A stretch of DNA of 64,000 nt from Eledone cirrhosa (lineage: Eukaryota). Of this stretch, positions 1-15,179 are shown piece by piece. Under the pieces are notes generated by a model that was not told the origin of the DNA, did not search any database, and saw nothing but the letters and a program-made list of their open reading frames with translations. A program made the position numbers and the translations under genes. Positions within the stretch are counted from its first letter, which is position 1; each line of letters starts with the position of its first letter. The DNA is taken from positions 71,238,001-71,302,000 of the forward strand of contig OZ024746.1 in the NCBI GenBank assembly GCA_964016885.1. The letters are read 5' to 3'.

Positions 1-225
1 CAACGAAAGAACTTTGATAAACTATATATATGTTTTTGTGTCTATATTGTATCTGTATTTTTGACCGTTGGTCAGTCAATGGCAACATTGAGGACCGAAT
101 AAATTAAATTAACCGATATAAAAGACACAGAAGCGAAACGCGAAAACCAACCAAACAGTGAGTGTGTTCTGTTATTAATTCTGGGAATATTACACAAATA
201 TGACCCTCCCCAAGTATAACAATAT
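1..225 (+). mobile_element. PLE pseudo-LTR 3' part (same family as 51047-52450)
   Basis: Near-identical to 52227-52450 and to the reverse complement of 51047-51272; ends in (TA)n. Confidence 0.8.
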
Positions 226-659
226 TTATATATATATATATATATTCGTGTGTGTGTGTGTATAAGCGAGACAAATAGAACGAGGAGGAAATATCCAATC
301 ATCAACACATACAAGCATTTTTGTATTGACGTTCTTGGCAATGAGAACTCAGCAACATAGCTGAGATTAATATATTTATTGCTGTTGGACCAGTTAGGGA
401 AGAACACATCGTTCGTTTTTTTTTTTTTTGTTTTGCACCGTTTCTTTTTTGTTTGTTTCTTTAGTTTTGCATTTGAAAAGAGGGTTTTAATTCCGAAATT
501 TTTTGTTGAAATATGCTGCGTGAGAAAAAAACATTACTGCGTTTTGTTTTATTTGTCATTCTTTTCCCTTTATATATCTCTACCGCATTGTATCGGCTTT
601 CTGAAATACTTATCAGTTACACACACAAACACACATACACACATGCACACAGACAGACA

Positions 660-747
<88 letters not shown>

Positions 748-834
748 GTTAAATCTTAGACAGGAACAAATACAGAGAGGCAGTACAAATATGAGTTTAT
801 TAGGTTCACGCTTTTGAGAGTGGGGGTGGGGGTG

Positions 835-874
835 GGGAAAGACGTTTCGGGCATAAGCCCTTCATCAGGAGAAA
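835..874 (-). ncRNA. Minimal hammerhead ribozyme motif of Penelope type
   Basis: Minus strand reads CTGATGA-agggc-ttat-gccc-GAAA-cg-TC. Stem I is weak. Confidence 0.65.
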
Positions 875-883
875 AGTGGGTAG

Positions 884-1276
<393 letters not shown>

Positions 1277-1563
1277 TATATCAGCAATATTGAGTACATT
1301 GTAGATAGATTTCAAATTCAATATATGAGTTCAAATTTTTTGAAGTGTCATTCGTTTAAGTTTAATGTGGATAGTTTTCGTTATATATACATGTTTTTGT
1401 GTATACACACATAGAAATACACACACACATAAATATATATATATATGTATGTGAGTATATATGGATGTGTATCCATGCATACAAACACACATACATAGAT
1501 ATGTTTATATATATACATGTGTTTATATATATATATAAAATATATGCATATATATGTATGTGT

Positions 1564-1620
<57 letters not shown>

Positions 1621-1638
1621 TACATGTATATATATATT

Positions 1639-1774
<136 letters not shown>

Positions 1775-2387
1775 TATATACCACCATTATAACTACCATC
1801 ACCATCACAAACAAGAAACAATACTTCCCTCCCCCACACAGCCATCAACACTTCTTACCTGTTCCATATATAAAACAACAATAGAAACACAAACCACAAG
1901 ACAAGTTAGTGAAGTATATTTTAAGCTAATGTGTTGTTGGGAAATGGTGTATCAGGTTTCTCTGTTCACTGTAACATGTCTGGCTTAAATGTTGAATATA
2001 CGCTGGCTGTGAGGGACAGGTTGGCTTCGAGGAAAGTGGCATGCCACACAGCTAGAGGAAGGTGGCGCGGCACAAACCTCGGGGAAGGTAGACTAGGGGA
2101 AATGAGGCATGACACGAAGCTAGGGGTAGAGAAGCGTGGCCCAAATGTTCAGAGAGGAGGATAGAAGGAAGTGCAGTATTGCACACGGGTAGAGAAAGTA
2201 GGCTATGGGGGAAGGCGGCATGGCACACAGATAAAATGGAAAGCTAGGGGAAGAAGGACATGACACACAGGCAGTGAAGGTAGGCTAGGGGAAGGGACAC
2301 AGGTAAGTGAAACGACGACGAGAGAGAAACATTAGCCTCTCCTCTTTGAACAAAGTTAGACCTGAAAGTTTATGTATATATATATTT

Positions 2388-2622
2388 CTAGGGCGGGTAA
2401 AATTCCAGAGATCCATGGACGAGTTCTCTCCAGCGGTCTCTGTCCCTCATTATCGCTGCCATGTCCTGCGTCCCCAACAGACCAGTGTCTGTTCTTAGGG
2501 CATCAACATACGTCAACCTTGGACTTCCTCTTCCAGTGTGTCCATGTAGGGGCTCCCACAGGAGCACTGAGTACAATGTCAACTCTGGATGTCGGTGAGC
2601 ATGTCCAGCTAACCCCAGTCTC

Positions 2623-2628
<6 letters not shown>
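2388..2628 (-). mobile_element. RTE-clade LINE 3' fragment
   Basis: Translates as [14 protein letters not shown]...LLWEP.HG.TGRGSPR.TYVD...MRDRDRW, a typical RTE ORF C-terminus; matches 24887-25310. Confidence 0.85.
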
Positions 2629-2686
<58 letters not shown>

Positions 2687-2688
<2 letters not shown>

Positions 2689-2882
2689 CGAAGGAGATGT
2701 GGTTAAGAACCAGATGGACCAGAACGCACCAGAGTACTCAATACTTAGGGTAGTAGAGTGGGTAATAGGAAAATGTTTGATCCCGACAGCAGAGCTCAAG
2801 CCGTTTCGACGGCTATTTCTGGGTCCAGAAATAGCCGTCGAAACGGCTTGAGTTTTGCCGTCGGGATCAAACATTTTCCTAT
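2687..2882 (-). mobile_element. PLE mini fold-back remnant, family A variant
   Basis: Inverted repeat 2765-2882 centred on HHR stem II, plus tail; (TA)n on both sides. Confidence 0.75.
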
Positions 2883-2883
2883 T

Positions 2884-2979
<96 letters not shown>

Positions 2980-3789
2980 TATAGATACACACACTCACAC
3001 ACACTCACACACACATATAAACGAAATAACAATGATACAACCGTCTCTCTAGTCTCTCTATCCCTGCCCCCCTCCCTGTTGATCTTCACACGCACGCGCA
3101 TACACACATCTTTGTAAGGAAAACACACCGAAATCTACACACATACACACACACACACACACACATTCTTACATACAGATCTGTAGTTACACACGTTAGT
3201 ATGGAAAACGCTCAGAAACTTCACTCACACCTGCACCCCACATACATGCACACACACACACACACACACAGATACGCAGACATACACTCACAGACATCTA
3301 TACACAAATACATAGACTAAGACACAAACCTACACACCTACGCACACCGATCCACACACAAACTAACATATATACACCTACTCACACAGACCTTCATACA
3401 CATATACACAGACTTACACATACACAAGTCAACACACAAACCTACACACACCCACACACATACATACTAAAACACACTCACACGCACAGACTAACAAATA
3501 CACCTACACACAACTACACACACACACACACACACAGACTAACACACACATATTTATACACATACAAACACGCGCACACAGCTATGCACAAACACACACA
3601 CCTACACATACACTCCAATACACATACACACACACACTTACACACTTACATACACACAAACAGACCTACATAGATACACACACCTACACACACAGATCTA
3701 CACACACAGATCTACACACACAGACATACACACAGACAATCTGCCGAGGTCAACGTTACCTTACGGTGGTAGATAAATAAAGTAGCAAT

Positions 3790-4358
3790 TCAAAGATGGT
3801 CGGTTGGTGAAATTGTCATCAGAGTTGGATCTGTATATTCCTTCTGCCAGGAGCGGAGTCTGTAAGATAGTATTCGGAGAACTTGAGTGAATTCACTTAA
3901 ATGTCTCTGAGTTAGGGACTGTCTTTCTGAAAGGAATATATCCAATCACAGAGAAATATCCACAGGTTACTAAAAACCAATGATTTGGTTCCCAGATGAG
4001 GAATGTTTGTCAAAGAAGAATTGGGGAGGATTGTTATTCAGGAAGGGAATCCAAACATTGCGTACAAGTGTGCGTTTGCCTATCTGGATGGGGGGGGGGG
4101 GGGTCTTTGCCAAGTCCCATGTTCTTCAGGTGTTCTGCGAATCGTTGAGGGTGATGAAGTCGGCCAATAAATGTACAAGAATTGCAATAGGATCGGGAGC
4201 ATGGATGAGAGCCAAATGAAGTCCTAGGTGAGAAGGGGGAAAGAATTATAAATCAAAGGGTCACGGAGGATATGGTCACGCTTAAAGGCATATATAGGTG
4301 TGTTGGTAAGGAAACATGAAGTGACAAGTACGGAATAGTGTTCGGAAGCGTTGGCTGT

Positions 4359-4456
<98 letters not shown>

Positions 4457-4796
4457 AGGGTGGTTGTAAGGTCTTGGCTGCAGAGTCGACGGAGATAGAA
4501 GATTCAGGAGTAGAATATGAAGTGTTTGATGTGGTTGGGGTGGTTGGTGTCGTGAAGTTAAGATACAAGTGGAATCAGTGGGTTTATAGAAGATGATAGA
4601 TAAAAGGGTGTGGTGGTGGTGAGAGCGGTTGATAGTTAACAGGGTGTGGTGAGAGCGGTTGATAGTTAACAGGGTGTGGTGAGAGCGGTTGATAGTTAAC
4701 AGGGTGTGGTGAGAGCGGTTGATAGTTAAACAAAATATCCAGAAATTGGACGGAAGATTCGGAGACGGTGGATATGAAAGTTAAAGTGGGATGGAA

Positions 4797-4800
<4 letters not shown>
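3790..4800 (-). mobile_element. Decayed Penelope-like RT-thumb/GIY-YIG fragment (Neptune-like)
   Basis: Frameshifted motifs FHPTLTF...VQFLDI, YKPTD/LYLNF, PIYAFKRD...LRD and FAEH. CTGATGA at ~3816-3822 on the minus strand. Interrupted by (CA)n. Confidence 0.65.
4606..4729. repeat. 30-bp tandem repeat, ~4 copies, inside the PLE RT remnant
   Basis: Unit gggtgtggtgagagcggttgatagttaaca. Confidence 0.9.
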
Positions 4801-4887
<87 letters not shown>

Positions 4888-5527
4888 CGTGCGTGTGTGT
4901 GTGCGTGTGTGTGTGTTTCCATGACTATGTTTGTGTCCCATAAGTTTGTAGTTCGTTGAAAAGGGATTGATAGAATAAGTACCAGCCCCCAAAAAAATAA
5001 AAGAAAAAGAAAAACAACCTACCAGGGTCGATATGATCGACTAAAACCCCTTTTGTTTGGTTTCCCAGAATATCCACAGTCTAATGACAGAAACCAGTAA
5101 AAAAGATTATAAGAATAAAAGAATATTAATGGATGTTGAGTTCTTAATTGATTGGGTATGTGAAGGGTTGATTTGATGGATCTGTGAAGGGCTGGGTGGG
5201 CGGACGTTTGGTTTGGCGGATCTAGGAAAAGCTGGTTGGTAGCGTGATTTAGGGTATATGGGTACAGGGGTGAATAAATGGTCGTAATCGGAGATCGTTG
5301 ATAATAATCGGGTCGATGGAAAGAATTAATAAAGCTGTCAATGTTATTCGAACCCGGTTCCGTTGTGACAGGGTTGTGTTAATTGCAACGATTTCCGTTA
5401 CAATCATTGATTTAGTTAATCGGGGTGGGGGACAGGGATAGAGAGAAGGACTGAGAGAGACGTGTTGAGAGCGAAAGAGATAATGAGAGGGATGTATATA
5501 TAAATATATAGATAGATAGGCATATAT

Positions 5528-5654
<127 letters not shown>

Positions 5655-5672
5655 TAGATAGATAGATAGATA

Positions 5673-5720
<48 letters not shown>

Positions 5721-5723
5721 TAT

Positions 5724-5889
<166 letters not shown>

Positions 5890-6120
5890 AAAGAGTCGGG
5901 AGAGAAATTAGAAAAAAAAGATGGAGAGGGAGAGAGTTGTAGAGTGAGAACAGAGGAAAGAGAGATTGAAAAAGGAAGATGGGAGAGAGAGAGAGAGGGG
6001 GGGGGGGGAGTGTAAGAAGAGTGTATGGGGTAGTTGCTTAGGTTCGATCTTGGTGAGATCGATAAACAGTTGATGGTACTCTTAACAATTTTCTTCGGTG
6101 TTGTAGATGATGTTGATGAT

Positions 6121-7114
6121 TGTGGTGGTGGTGGTGGTGGCTATGGTGGCTATGGTGGTGGTGGTGGTGGTGGTGGTTATGGTGGTGGTGGTGGTGGTGG
6201 TGGTGGTTATGGTGGTGGTGGTGGTTATGGTGGTGGTGGTGGTGGTGGTTATGGTGGTGGTGGTGGTGGTGGTCGTGGTGGTGGTGGTTATGGTGGTGGT
6301 GGTGGTGGCTATGGTGGTGGTGGTGGTTATGGTGGTGGTGGTGGTGGCTATGGTGGTGGTGGTGGTTATGGTGGTGGTGGTGGTGGTGGTTATGGTGGTG
6401 GTGGTGGTGGTGGCTATGGTGGTGGTGGTGGTTATGGTGGTGGTGGTGGTGGCTATGGTGGTGGTGGTGGTTATGGTGGTGGTGGTGGTGGTGGTTATGG
6501 TGGTGGTGGTGGTGGTGGCTATGGTGGTGGTGGTGGTTATGGTGGTGGTGGTGGTGGCTATGGTGGTGGTGGTGGTTATGGTGGTGGTGGTGGTGGTGGT
6601 TATGGTGGTGGTGGTGGTGGTGGTGGTGGTTATGGTGGTGGTGGTGGTTATGGTGGTGGTGGTGGTGGTGGTTATGGTGGTGGTGGTGGTGGTGGTGGTG
6701 GTTATGGTGGTGGTGGTGGTGGTTATGGTGGTGGTGGTGGTGGTGGTGGTGGTGGTTATGGTGGTGGTGGTGGTTATGGTGGTGGTGGTGGTGGTTATGG
6801 TGGTGGTGGTGGTTATGATGATGTTGGAGATAAAGATGATGATGACAGCAACCTTGATAATATTGGTGGTGGTGATGATGATGATGATGATGATGACGGT
6901 ATGATTGAGGGTGGAGTTGGTGTTGATGATGATGATGGTGATGGTGATGTTGATGATGGTGATGGTGGTGTTGATGATGGTGATGGTGGTGTTGATGATG
7001 ATGATGGTGATGGTGATGATGATGAAGATGATGGTGATGATGTTGATGATGATGATGGTGATGGCAATGGTGGTGTTGATGATGATGGTGGTGGTGTTGG
7101 CGATGATGTAGCAA

Positions 7115-7148
<34 letters not shown>

Positions 7149-7232
7149 GTTGGTGATATTGTTTGTTGTTGTTGGTGGGCGTCATGGTGATGGCGACAAC
7201 GATGATGATGCCGATGATGATGATGATGATGA
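6121..7232. repeat. (GGT)n punctuated by TAT, grading into (GAT)n
   Basis: Directly visible triplet repeat. Confidence 0.9.
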
Positions 7233-7239
7233 TGCTAAT

Positions 7240-7417
7240 AATTGTTTCTTACTTTTAGGCACAAGGCCAGCAAATTACCCCAGTGTATTACTGGTACTTT
7301 ATTTTATCGACCCCCCGTAAGGATGAAAGGCAAAGTCAACCTCGGCGGGATTTGAACTCAGACTGTAAAGGGACGTAACTCTATGCTGGAAAGCATGGCG
7401 TCCGACGCTCTACCGAT
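7240..7417 (-). mobile_element. tRNA-derived SINE (main family), 5'-clipped
   Basis: B box GAGTTCAAATCC, central gccgaggttgactttgcctttcatccttacggggtcgataaaataaagtacc, and (ATT)-like tail; about 12 copies in the window. Confidence 0.85.
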
Positions 7418-7577
7418 GATGATGCTGATGATGATGGTTATATGTGTAACAATGTAGTTGGTGTTCATTAAGATGATGATGATGATGATGTAGCGATGAT
7501 GTTGGTAGTGGTGGTGGCTGTGGTGGTACTCATCGTGGTAGTGATGATGTTGATAATTGTACGGCTTTTGGTTGTGT

Positions 7578-7617
<40 letters not shown>

Positions 7618-7737
7618 CACGTTACTGTTGCTTTTGTTGCTATTGTTGTTATTGGTAGTGGTGGTAGATTTGCTATTGTTGTTTGTTGCTTTTGTTGTCT
7701 TGCTGCATCTGTTTAGTATTGTTATTGTTTAAAATCA

Positions 7738-7857
7738 TTCTGAGTTCAAATCCCGCCGAGGTTAACTTTGCCTTTTATCCTTACGGGGGTCGATAAAATA
7801 AAGTACCAGTAATATACTGGTAATTGCTGGCCTTGTGCCAAAAGTACAAACAGTTAT
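7738..7857 (+). mobile_element. SINE (main family), 3' half
   Basis: Homologous to the other copies. Confidence 0.85.
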
Positions 7858-7899
7858 TGTTTAAAATCATACTATAGCTCTTTGATATAACTATGTATG

Positions 7900-8776
7900 C
7901 AGTGGCAGATTGGGTCTAAAAATATTGGTTGCTAGGAAATAAAGGGGTCCCACCCACACATAGAATGCTATAATTTAATTTTTCTAATGAATAAAAGACA
8001 TTTTCCAAAAATACATAAGTGAAAACAAAACAGTACAATAAAATTTTTTAGGGAAAAAACTGTATTTTATTATTTTTACTAATCGTAGTGTATATATATT
8101 GTACATATTACTGGCAGTATACAGTAATACTAAATATTAATATAGTATGATATTGAATTTTTAAATAATTGTGTATGTATAGTATACTATTCTCAACCTG
8201 GTCCATGTGGACCACTAGTGGTCCACAGGAAAATTCAGGTGGTCCACAGAAAATTTTCAATGGCAAATTCTTTTTTGATCCATGCATTTGACTTAAAGCG
8301 CTGTTCTTATTCTTTGCATAAGTACGACTTCAGCTGTTTATTTGCGTAGATTTTTAGGCACTGTGACATGATAATGGCATTTTCTATTTCATTGAAAAAA
8401 AACATCTACTGATGCTTATAAGTAGCAGTTCTATTACAAAAGATTTAAAAGTTTAGGTGGTCCACAGGAAAAAATTACTTATTTTGGTGGTCCACAGCGA
8501 AAAAAGGTTGAGAACCCCTGATTTAGAGTAGAGTATGCAAGTAACCGTTCTTACCTTCTCCAATAAAAAGTATCTTGCGAAATATACACATCCAGAGACT
8601 TTCAATAATGACCTTTGGTCTTGTTTGACCAAATGCTTTGCTTATTCGTTTATTCATTAAAAAAAAAAAAAAATTATTGGCCCCTAAAATACTACAGGGG
8701 GTCCCTGGAATGATACCGTGGGCACTCTGGGGCCCACTTTCCATTGGGTAACTTGGCAACCTAGCCAGCCCGCCAC
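7900..8776. mobile_element. Possible degenerate DNA transposon hosting a nested MITE
   Basis: Imperfect terminal inverted repeats cagtggcagattgg / gccagcccgccac. Confidence 0.3.
8186..8520. mobile_element. hAT/Charlie-like MITE
   Basis: TIRs ttctcaacct ... aggttgagaacccctg; repeated subterminal gtggtccac motifs at both ends. Confidence 0.7.
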
Positions 8777-9469
8777 ATAACGTGTGTATAATTTCGGAGA
8801 GGTACTTATCTGGCAAGTGACTTGATCTGAGACTCTGTGTTGAAACTAAAACTATTACTGCGTAAAAAAGTCATTTTAATAATTTAACAAAAATTGTTAG
8901 CTTCACTTTATATTTATCATTCTTCGTGTCGACATTTTCTTGACACCAAAAAAATAAATGATATATACAAAGTAAAGTTAACAGTTTTGTGTGTTTTTAA
9001 ATGGCTAAAATAAGTCTTTCACAATGTAATTGCTATGTGTGTATACAAAATCTGACTAATATAATTAATAGAAAATTCTTAAACTAGTCACTATAAAAAA
9101 TAGAAATCTTTTAGAAGGCAGTCTCTTTTAAAAATGCGTTCGAAGATAGTGGAATCAAAGAAGAGCCTACGCATATACCTAAAATACACCATTGAATACA
9201 CTTTTATCATCTCTCATCACCACCATAGGTACTACCGCCAATATAATCATCATCATCATCATCATCATCAACAGCAGCAGCATCAGCAGCAGCAACAACA
9301 ACCCCACCGTTTTCAAACCAATCATCAAAATCGCTGCCAATTCCGCCCCAACCATAACTATGACCACTATCACCAATAGCATCTCCCCCACTATCAGCTT
9401 ACCACCACCATCACCAATGCCTCCACCACGTCGGCGACGACGACGACGACGATCAGCACTACCACCAAC

Positions 9470-9669
9470 NNNNNNNNNNNNNNNNNNNNNNNNNNNNNNN
9501 NNNNNNNNNNNNNNNNNNNNNNNNNNNNNNNNNNNNNNNNNNNNNNNNNNNNNNNNNNNNNNNNNNNNNNNNNNNNNNNNNNNNNNNNNNNNNNNNNNNN
9601 NNNNNNNNNNNNNNNNNNNNNNNNNNNNNNNNNNNNNNNNNNNNNNNNNNNNNNNNNNNNNNNNNNNNN
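9470..9669. other. Assembly gap (200 N)
   Basis: N run. Confidence 1.
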
Positions 9670-9753
9670 TTCACCCTTTTACGGGATCTTCTCGAACCCT
9701 CTTCGGATTTTAGTCTTCACATTTATTATTAATATATATATATATATATATAT

Positions 9754-10076
<323 letters not shown>

Positions 10077-10212
10077 CAAGTAAGTATGTTTTGAAACAGT
10101 GAGCAGGTTTGAAATTAGAAAATAGAATAGCTTTCACCGTATTTTTTCGACTAAAGAAATTTTAGTCTGATAATGGGGTTTAGAACCCTCAGATAAATGG
10201 AAAAAGATGAGT

Positions 10213-10281
10213 ATTGATGTACATGGGAGTCGAACCCACATCTTTGGTTATCCAGACCACTGTGCTACCATTACACCAACA
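10213..10281 (-). pseudogene. tRNA-like SINE head or tRNA pseudogene
   Basis: A-box-like TGGTGTAATGG and B box GGTTCGACTCC; no intact acceptor stem. Confidence 0.55.
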
Positions 10282-10307
10282 TATATATATATATATATAT
10301 ATATTTA

Positions 10308-10635
10308 TAAAGACCCCATGCGGTCATGAATGACCTTGGGATTTTCACCTAGGAAGTTCCTCCCTAAGGCACCAATCTGGGCAAGGTGTTTTTACGGATG
10401 ACCAGCAGTCCCCCATGCATACCAGTCTCCCCCTCTTCATGCCTCCGACGTTGTCCAAGCGAAAAGCTAAGGCCGATACAGCTTGGCACCAGTGGCGTCG
10501 CAACTCATTTCTAAAGCTGAGTGAACTGGAGCAACGTGAAATAAAGTGTCTTGCTCAAGGATACATCGCATCACCCGCTCCGAGAATCGAACTCACAACC
10601 TCACATTTGTGAATCCGACGCTCTAACTCCACTGC
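10308..10635 (-). mobile_element. CORE-type tRNA-derived SINE
   Basis: B box gagttcgattc followed by the CORE-like segment tccttgagcaagacactttatttcacgttgctccagttcactcagc...aaatgag. Confidence 0.75.
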
Positions 10636-11484
10636 ATACACACAAATACACATAAATAGATGCACACAACATACACATATATGTGTACGTGCGTATGTAT
10701 TTGTGTGTATATGATGGGTGAGGCACTCTGTTTGCAGTCTTGTCCTTCATGTCATAAGTTGCTAGACATTTCTATGTAGAAACTGTTTCGTTTCAATGAC
10801 AACATGTGTATTTGTGTCTGTGTCTTTGTATACTTTTTTGTAAGTGTTTACAGTTGTATGTGTATTTATATGTGCATGTCTATGTATGTATGTATGTATG
10901 TATGTATGTATGTATGTATGTATGTATGTATGTATGTATGTATGTATGCATGTATGTATGCATGAATTAATGTAAGTATGTAACTATGAATGCATGCATG
11001 TATCGATGCATGTTGTACGTATGTATGTATGTATGTATGTATGTATGTATGTATGTATGTATGTATGTATGTATGTATTAATGTATGTAACTATAAATGC
11101 ATGTATGCATCTATGCATGTTGTCTGTATGTATGCATGTATGTATGTATGCGTGTGTGCCTCTGTATATATGGGTATAAGTGAATGTACGCACGCAGAAT
11201 TGATGGGAAGAGTGAGACATAAAGAAAGAGATAAATGAAGGAGAGGGAAACGGAGAAAGAATGTGAGTGAGTAGGAGAGAAAGCCAGAAAGACAGTGAGC
11301 AATGAGCGAAGGATAAGTGAAAAGATTAGAGAGTACCGGACCATTATCTTGTCAGGAACTGCGAGAAATTAGCACCGTATAATAAGGTCATGTTTGTTCC
11401 TGCTTGGACTAAAAAAAAATAGGAAGGAAAGAGTGGTGCGCAGGTGACGAGGGAAGAGGGAAGAGGGAGAGGACAGAGAAATAG

Positions 11485-11560
<76 letters not shown>

Positions 11561-12388
11561 GGTGAGGGAAAAGGAGAAGAAAGGGGAATGGTGGGTGAAA
11601 GGGGGAGAGAGAAAAGGGAAGGAAGAGAGTGTTTAGACGAAGAGAGGACGAGATTGAGCGATACTGTCAAGTATATATTTCCTCTTTCACTGCAGAACGC
11701 TGATACGCTGGTGATGGTGCATTTTGATTAATCGATGTGCTTTTTGTGCTTTCTTTTTGCTGACATTTATGTATGTTAGCACGGACTTAACTATTTGTTT
11801 TACATGCTGATGACATCCCGATGTAATTTCAGTGGCCATTATGTAATACTGTCGCGCTAAATTACTTACAATCCCATGAAACCCTTAATTTTAGGAAAGA
11901 AGTAGTCCAAAGACCTAAAGCAATAGCAGAAGTAGCGAAGAGGATTTCCTGCTGAATCTCATCATAAGAGATCCCCATACGACTTAAGTGCTCTATACTG
12001 AAAAAGTCACCTATATCCAAGTTGTTAAAAGGTGCCATCAGAATGGCACCTTTTAACAACTTGGATATAGGTGACTTGGATGTCGTGACCTGGACGCGAC
12101 CCCTCACCATCAAAGCGTAAGACGTTAAGGGCCGAAACATTGCCGAGTAGTGGTTCTTCGTCTTTGAAGAAATTCCACTATCCAGCCATCTCTAGCATTT
12201 CTTATTACATATAAATCCATAGCAAGTACGGCGGAAGAAAGCCATACTTCGCTGAGGAGGACTAACAAGACTAAGACATGTCTTGGAGATGTCACCGCGT
12301 AAGTAAAAACCCGGAAGATAAGATATTCTAACATTAGGCGGCAGAATCGTTAGATTCTGTATTTATATGTATGTATGTATGTATGTAT

Positions 12389-12910
12389 CCCCTGCAGGAT
12401 GTCCAAAGTCACCCTCCTCATCAAGAAACCTGCAGGACTAAAAACAAAACCTGTCAAAGGGCAATGGAGCTCTAAAGAGTCAATGGCCATCCAAAATCAC
12501 CGGGAGAGATAACCCCTTAGCCTTTGTCAAGTCAGAATTCTAGGAGAAGGAAAACTCTGATATAACACCTGCAACCCTGATGGTATCCAATGTTGTTGAC
12601 TTGTTCTTCTTTTTGGTAAATATCATCTTGGTTAAGAGAGTGGGACTGGCTTTGTGCAGTGCCTTTGCTCACTATAAAAGCTTCACGACACAGGCATTGC
12701 TTTATATCTGGAGATCTCTCTGCACTTGTCGTCACATGGTACCATGGGCCCAGCAATATGTGTCAATAATTGTCACAAGTGTAGTGTTTGTACAGAGTTT
12801 TCAAGTCGCTGGCTGGACTAAAAAGTCACATTCGTTCAGCGCATCGGTAGTGGTTCTCCTACATGGATATAAAGTAGTGGCCGTACTCGAAAACGAGTTG
12901 GCAGCCACCA
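12389..12910 (+). mobile_element. RTE-derived non-autonomous element with 5' inversion
   Basis: Homologous to 33011-33570; 12391-12430 is inverted relative to that copy; (ATGT)n tail. Confidence 0.75.
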
Positions 12911-13129
12911 TGTATGTATGCACGTATGTATGTATGTATGTATGTATGTTTGTATGTATGTTTGTATGTATGTATATATATATGTGTGTGTGCGTGTGTG
13001 TGTGTGTGGCTGACTGAATATGCACGTGTGTTTTTTTCTCAATTTTTCCGCTCCTTCTTCTTCTCACTTTTTATCCTTCTATCTTCTGTTTAATTTTAAA
13101 ACACACACACACACATACACACATACACA

Positions 13130-13251
<122 letters not shown>

Positions 13252-13401
13252 AAGGACGATTTATTATGTCTTCATTACGTTTATTGAGTGGTGACGCGCA
13301 TTTCACTATTGATCAGCTCAAGGTTCGATCTGGCCTGACTCTGGAATCAAAAGCTAGTCGGACCTCTGCTGTAATAATGACAGAATGAATATATATATAT
13401 A

Positions 13402-14043
13402 TCCAACTGGAGGTATATGATCTTTAAAGCGATGAAATACCAATGAATGTTGGAAAATCACTGATGAAGGACTACTTTTTTCATATGTAACCCATATGCA
13501 ACCACGCAGCACTCAATTCTCATGTTTTTATATATATTTTCCCCAACTGCGTTTGCCTGTTTCTCTCTTACTGCTTCCCCCTCTCTCTGTATCTCTCACC
13601 TTCTTTCGCCCCCTCTGTCAGTCACACTTTCTCTCGACTGGCCTCTTCCTCGCACTTCCACTCACCCACTCTCTGTTTTTCCTCTTCTCACTTCCTTCCA
13701 TCTGGCCTGAAGTAGGGTCCTTTCTTGCTCACACCTCACTCGCGTCGGACGGTCTGCTGTCCCTCTCGCCCATGAAATCCACACAGCTTAAGCTGATCGG
13801 ACTCCCATGTGCTTGTTTCTTCCTATCTTTGCGTTGCTATCCTTCTATGTTTGTTTACTTGTCTCGCTCGCTTTACGCGATTTACTTGTCCCAATAGCTT
13901 TATTTAGCTATTGCTCGCACCAACCGGAGGTATATGATTTTTAAAGCGATGAAATACCAATGAAGGTTGGAAAATCACTGATGGAGGACTATTTTTATCA
14001 TATGTAACCCATGTGCAACCACGCAGCACTCAATTCTTCTCAT

Positions 14044-14048
<5 letters not shown>
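13402..14048. mobile_element. Small element with ~128-bp direct terminal repeats
   Basis: 13404-13530 matches 13921-14048; CT-rich non-coding interior; (TA)n flanks. Confidence 0.6.
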
Positions 14049-14498
<450 letters not shown>

Positions 14499-14696
14499 CC
14501 GCCCACTCTCACTAACTGTGAAGCTAATAACAAATTCTACCGTTGACTCCTGTGTTTGTTTGTTTGTTTGTCATTGAACTATATATATATATATATAGAG
14601 TTGTGTGTGTGTGTACATACGATGAAGGGGAGGGGGAGAAGGAGAATGATGATGATGATGATGATGATGATGAGGGGGAGGAGGAGGGGAATGATG

Positions 14697-14727
<31 letters not shown>

Positions 14728-15179
14728 TGATGGCGATGATGATGATGATGACAAGGTTGAGGATGATGACAAGGTTGAGGATGATGATGATGTTAATGAT
14801 GATGATGATGTTAATGATGATGATGATGATGATGATGCGGAGGAGGGGGGAAGAAGAGAATGACAAGGACGACGATATATTCGGAAAAATATTCTCCGTA
14901 ATTTTACTATTTAGATTTCAAATTACATTTGTTTCATTTCTTAGTTTTGTCTCCCACACACTTATCTTTTTTTTAATTTTTTATATATATTTTGTTCTAG
15001 TCTCTCTCCTCCTGACCCCTGTACATACCCCTCATCCATCCACCAACCCACTCCAGTCATGCCATCCACCACCAAACAAATACATACAACACCGGCAGTA
15101 CAAGACAAGAAAATTATATATGATTGTCATTGTTTACGTGATGGTTAGGTTTCGCCTTTCAGTGTAAGAGGCACTGTCA

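Noticed and set aside
250-420. Unique stretch within ORF 72..407 as a host exon
   Set aside because: No recognisable domain or splice support, and the ORF continues into microsatellite and PLE sequence.
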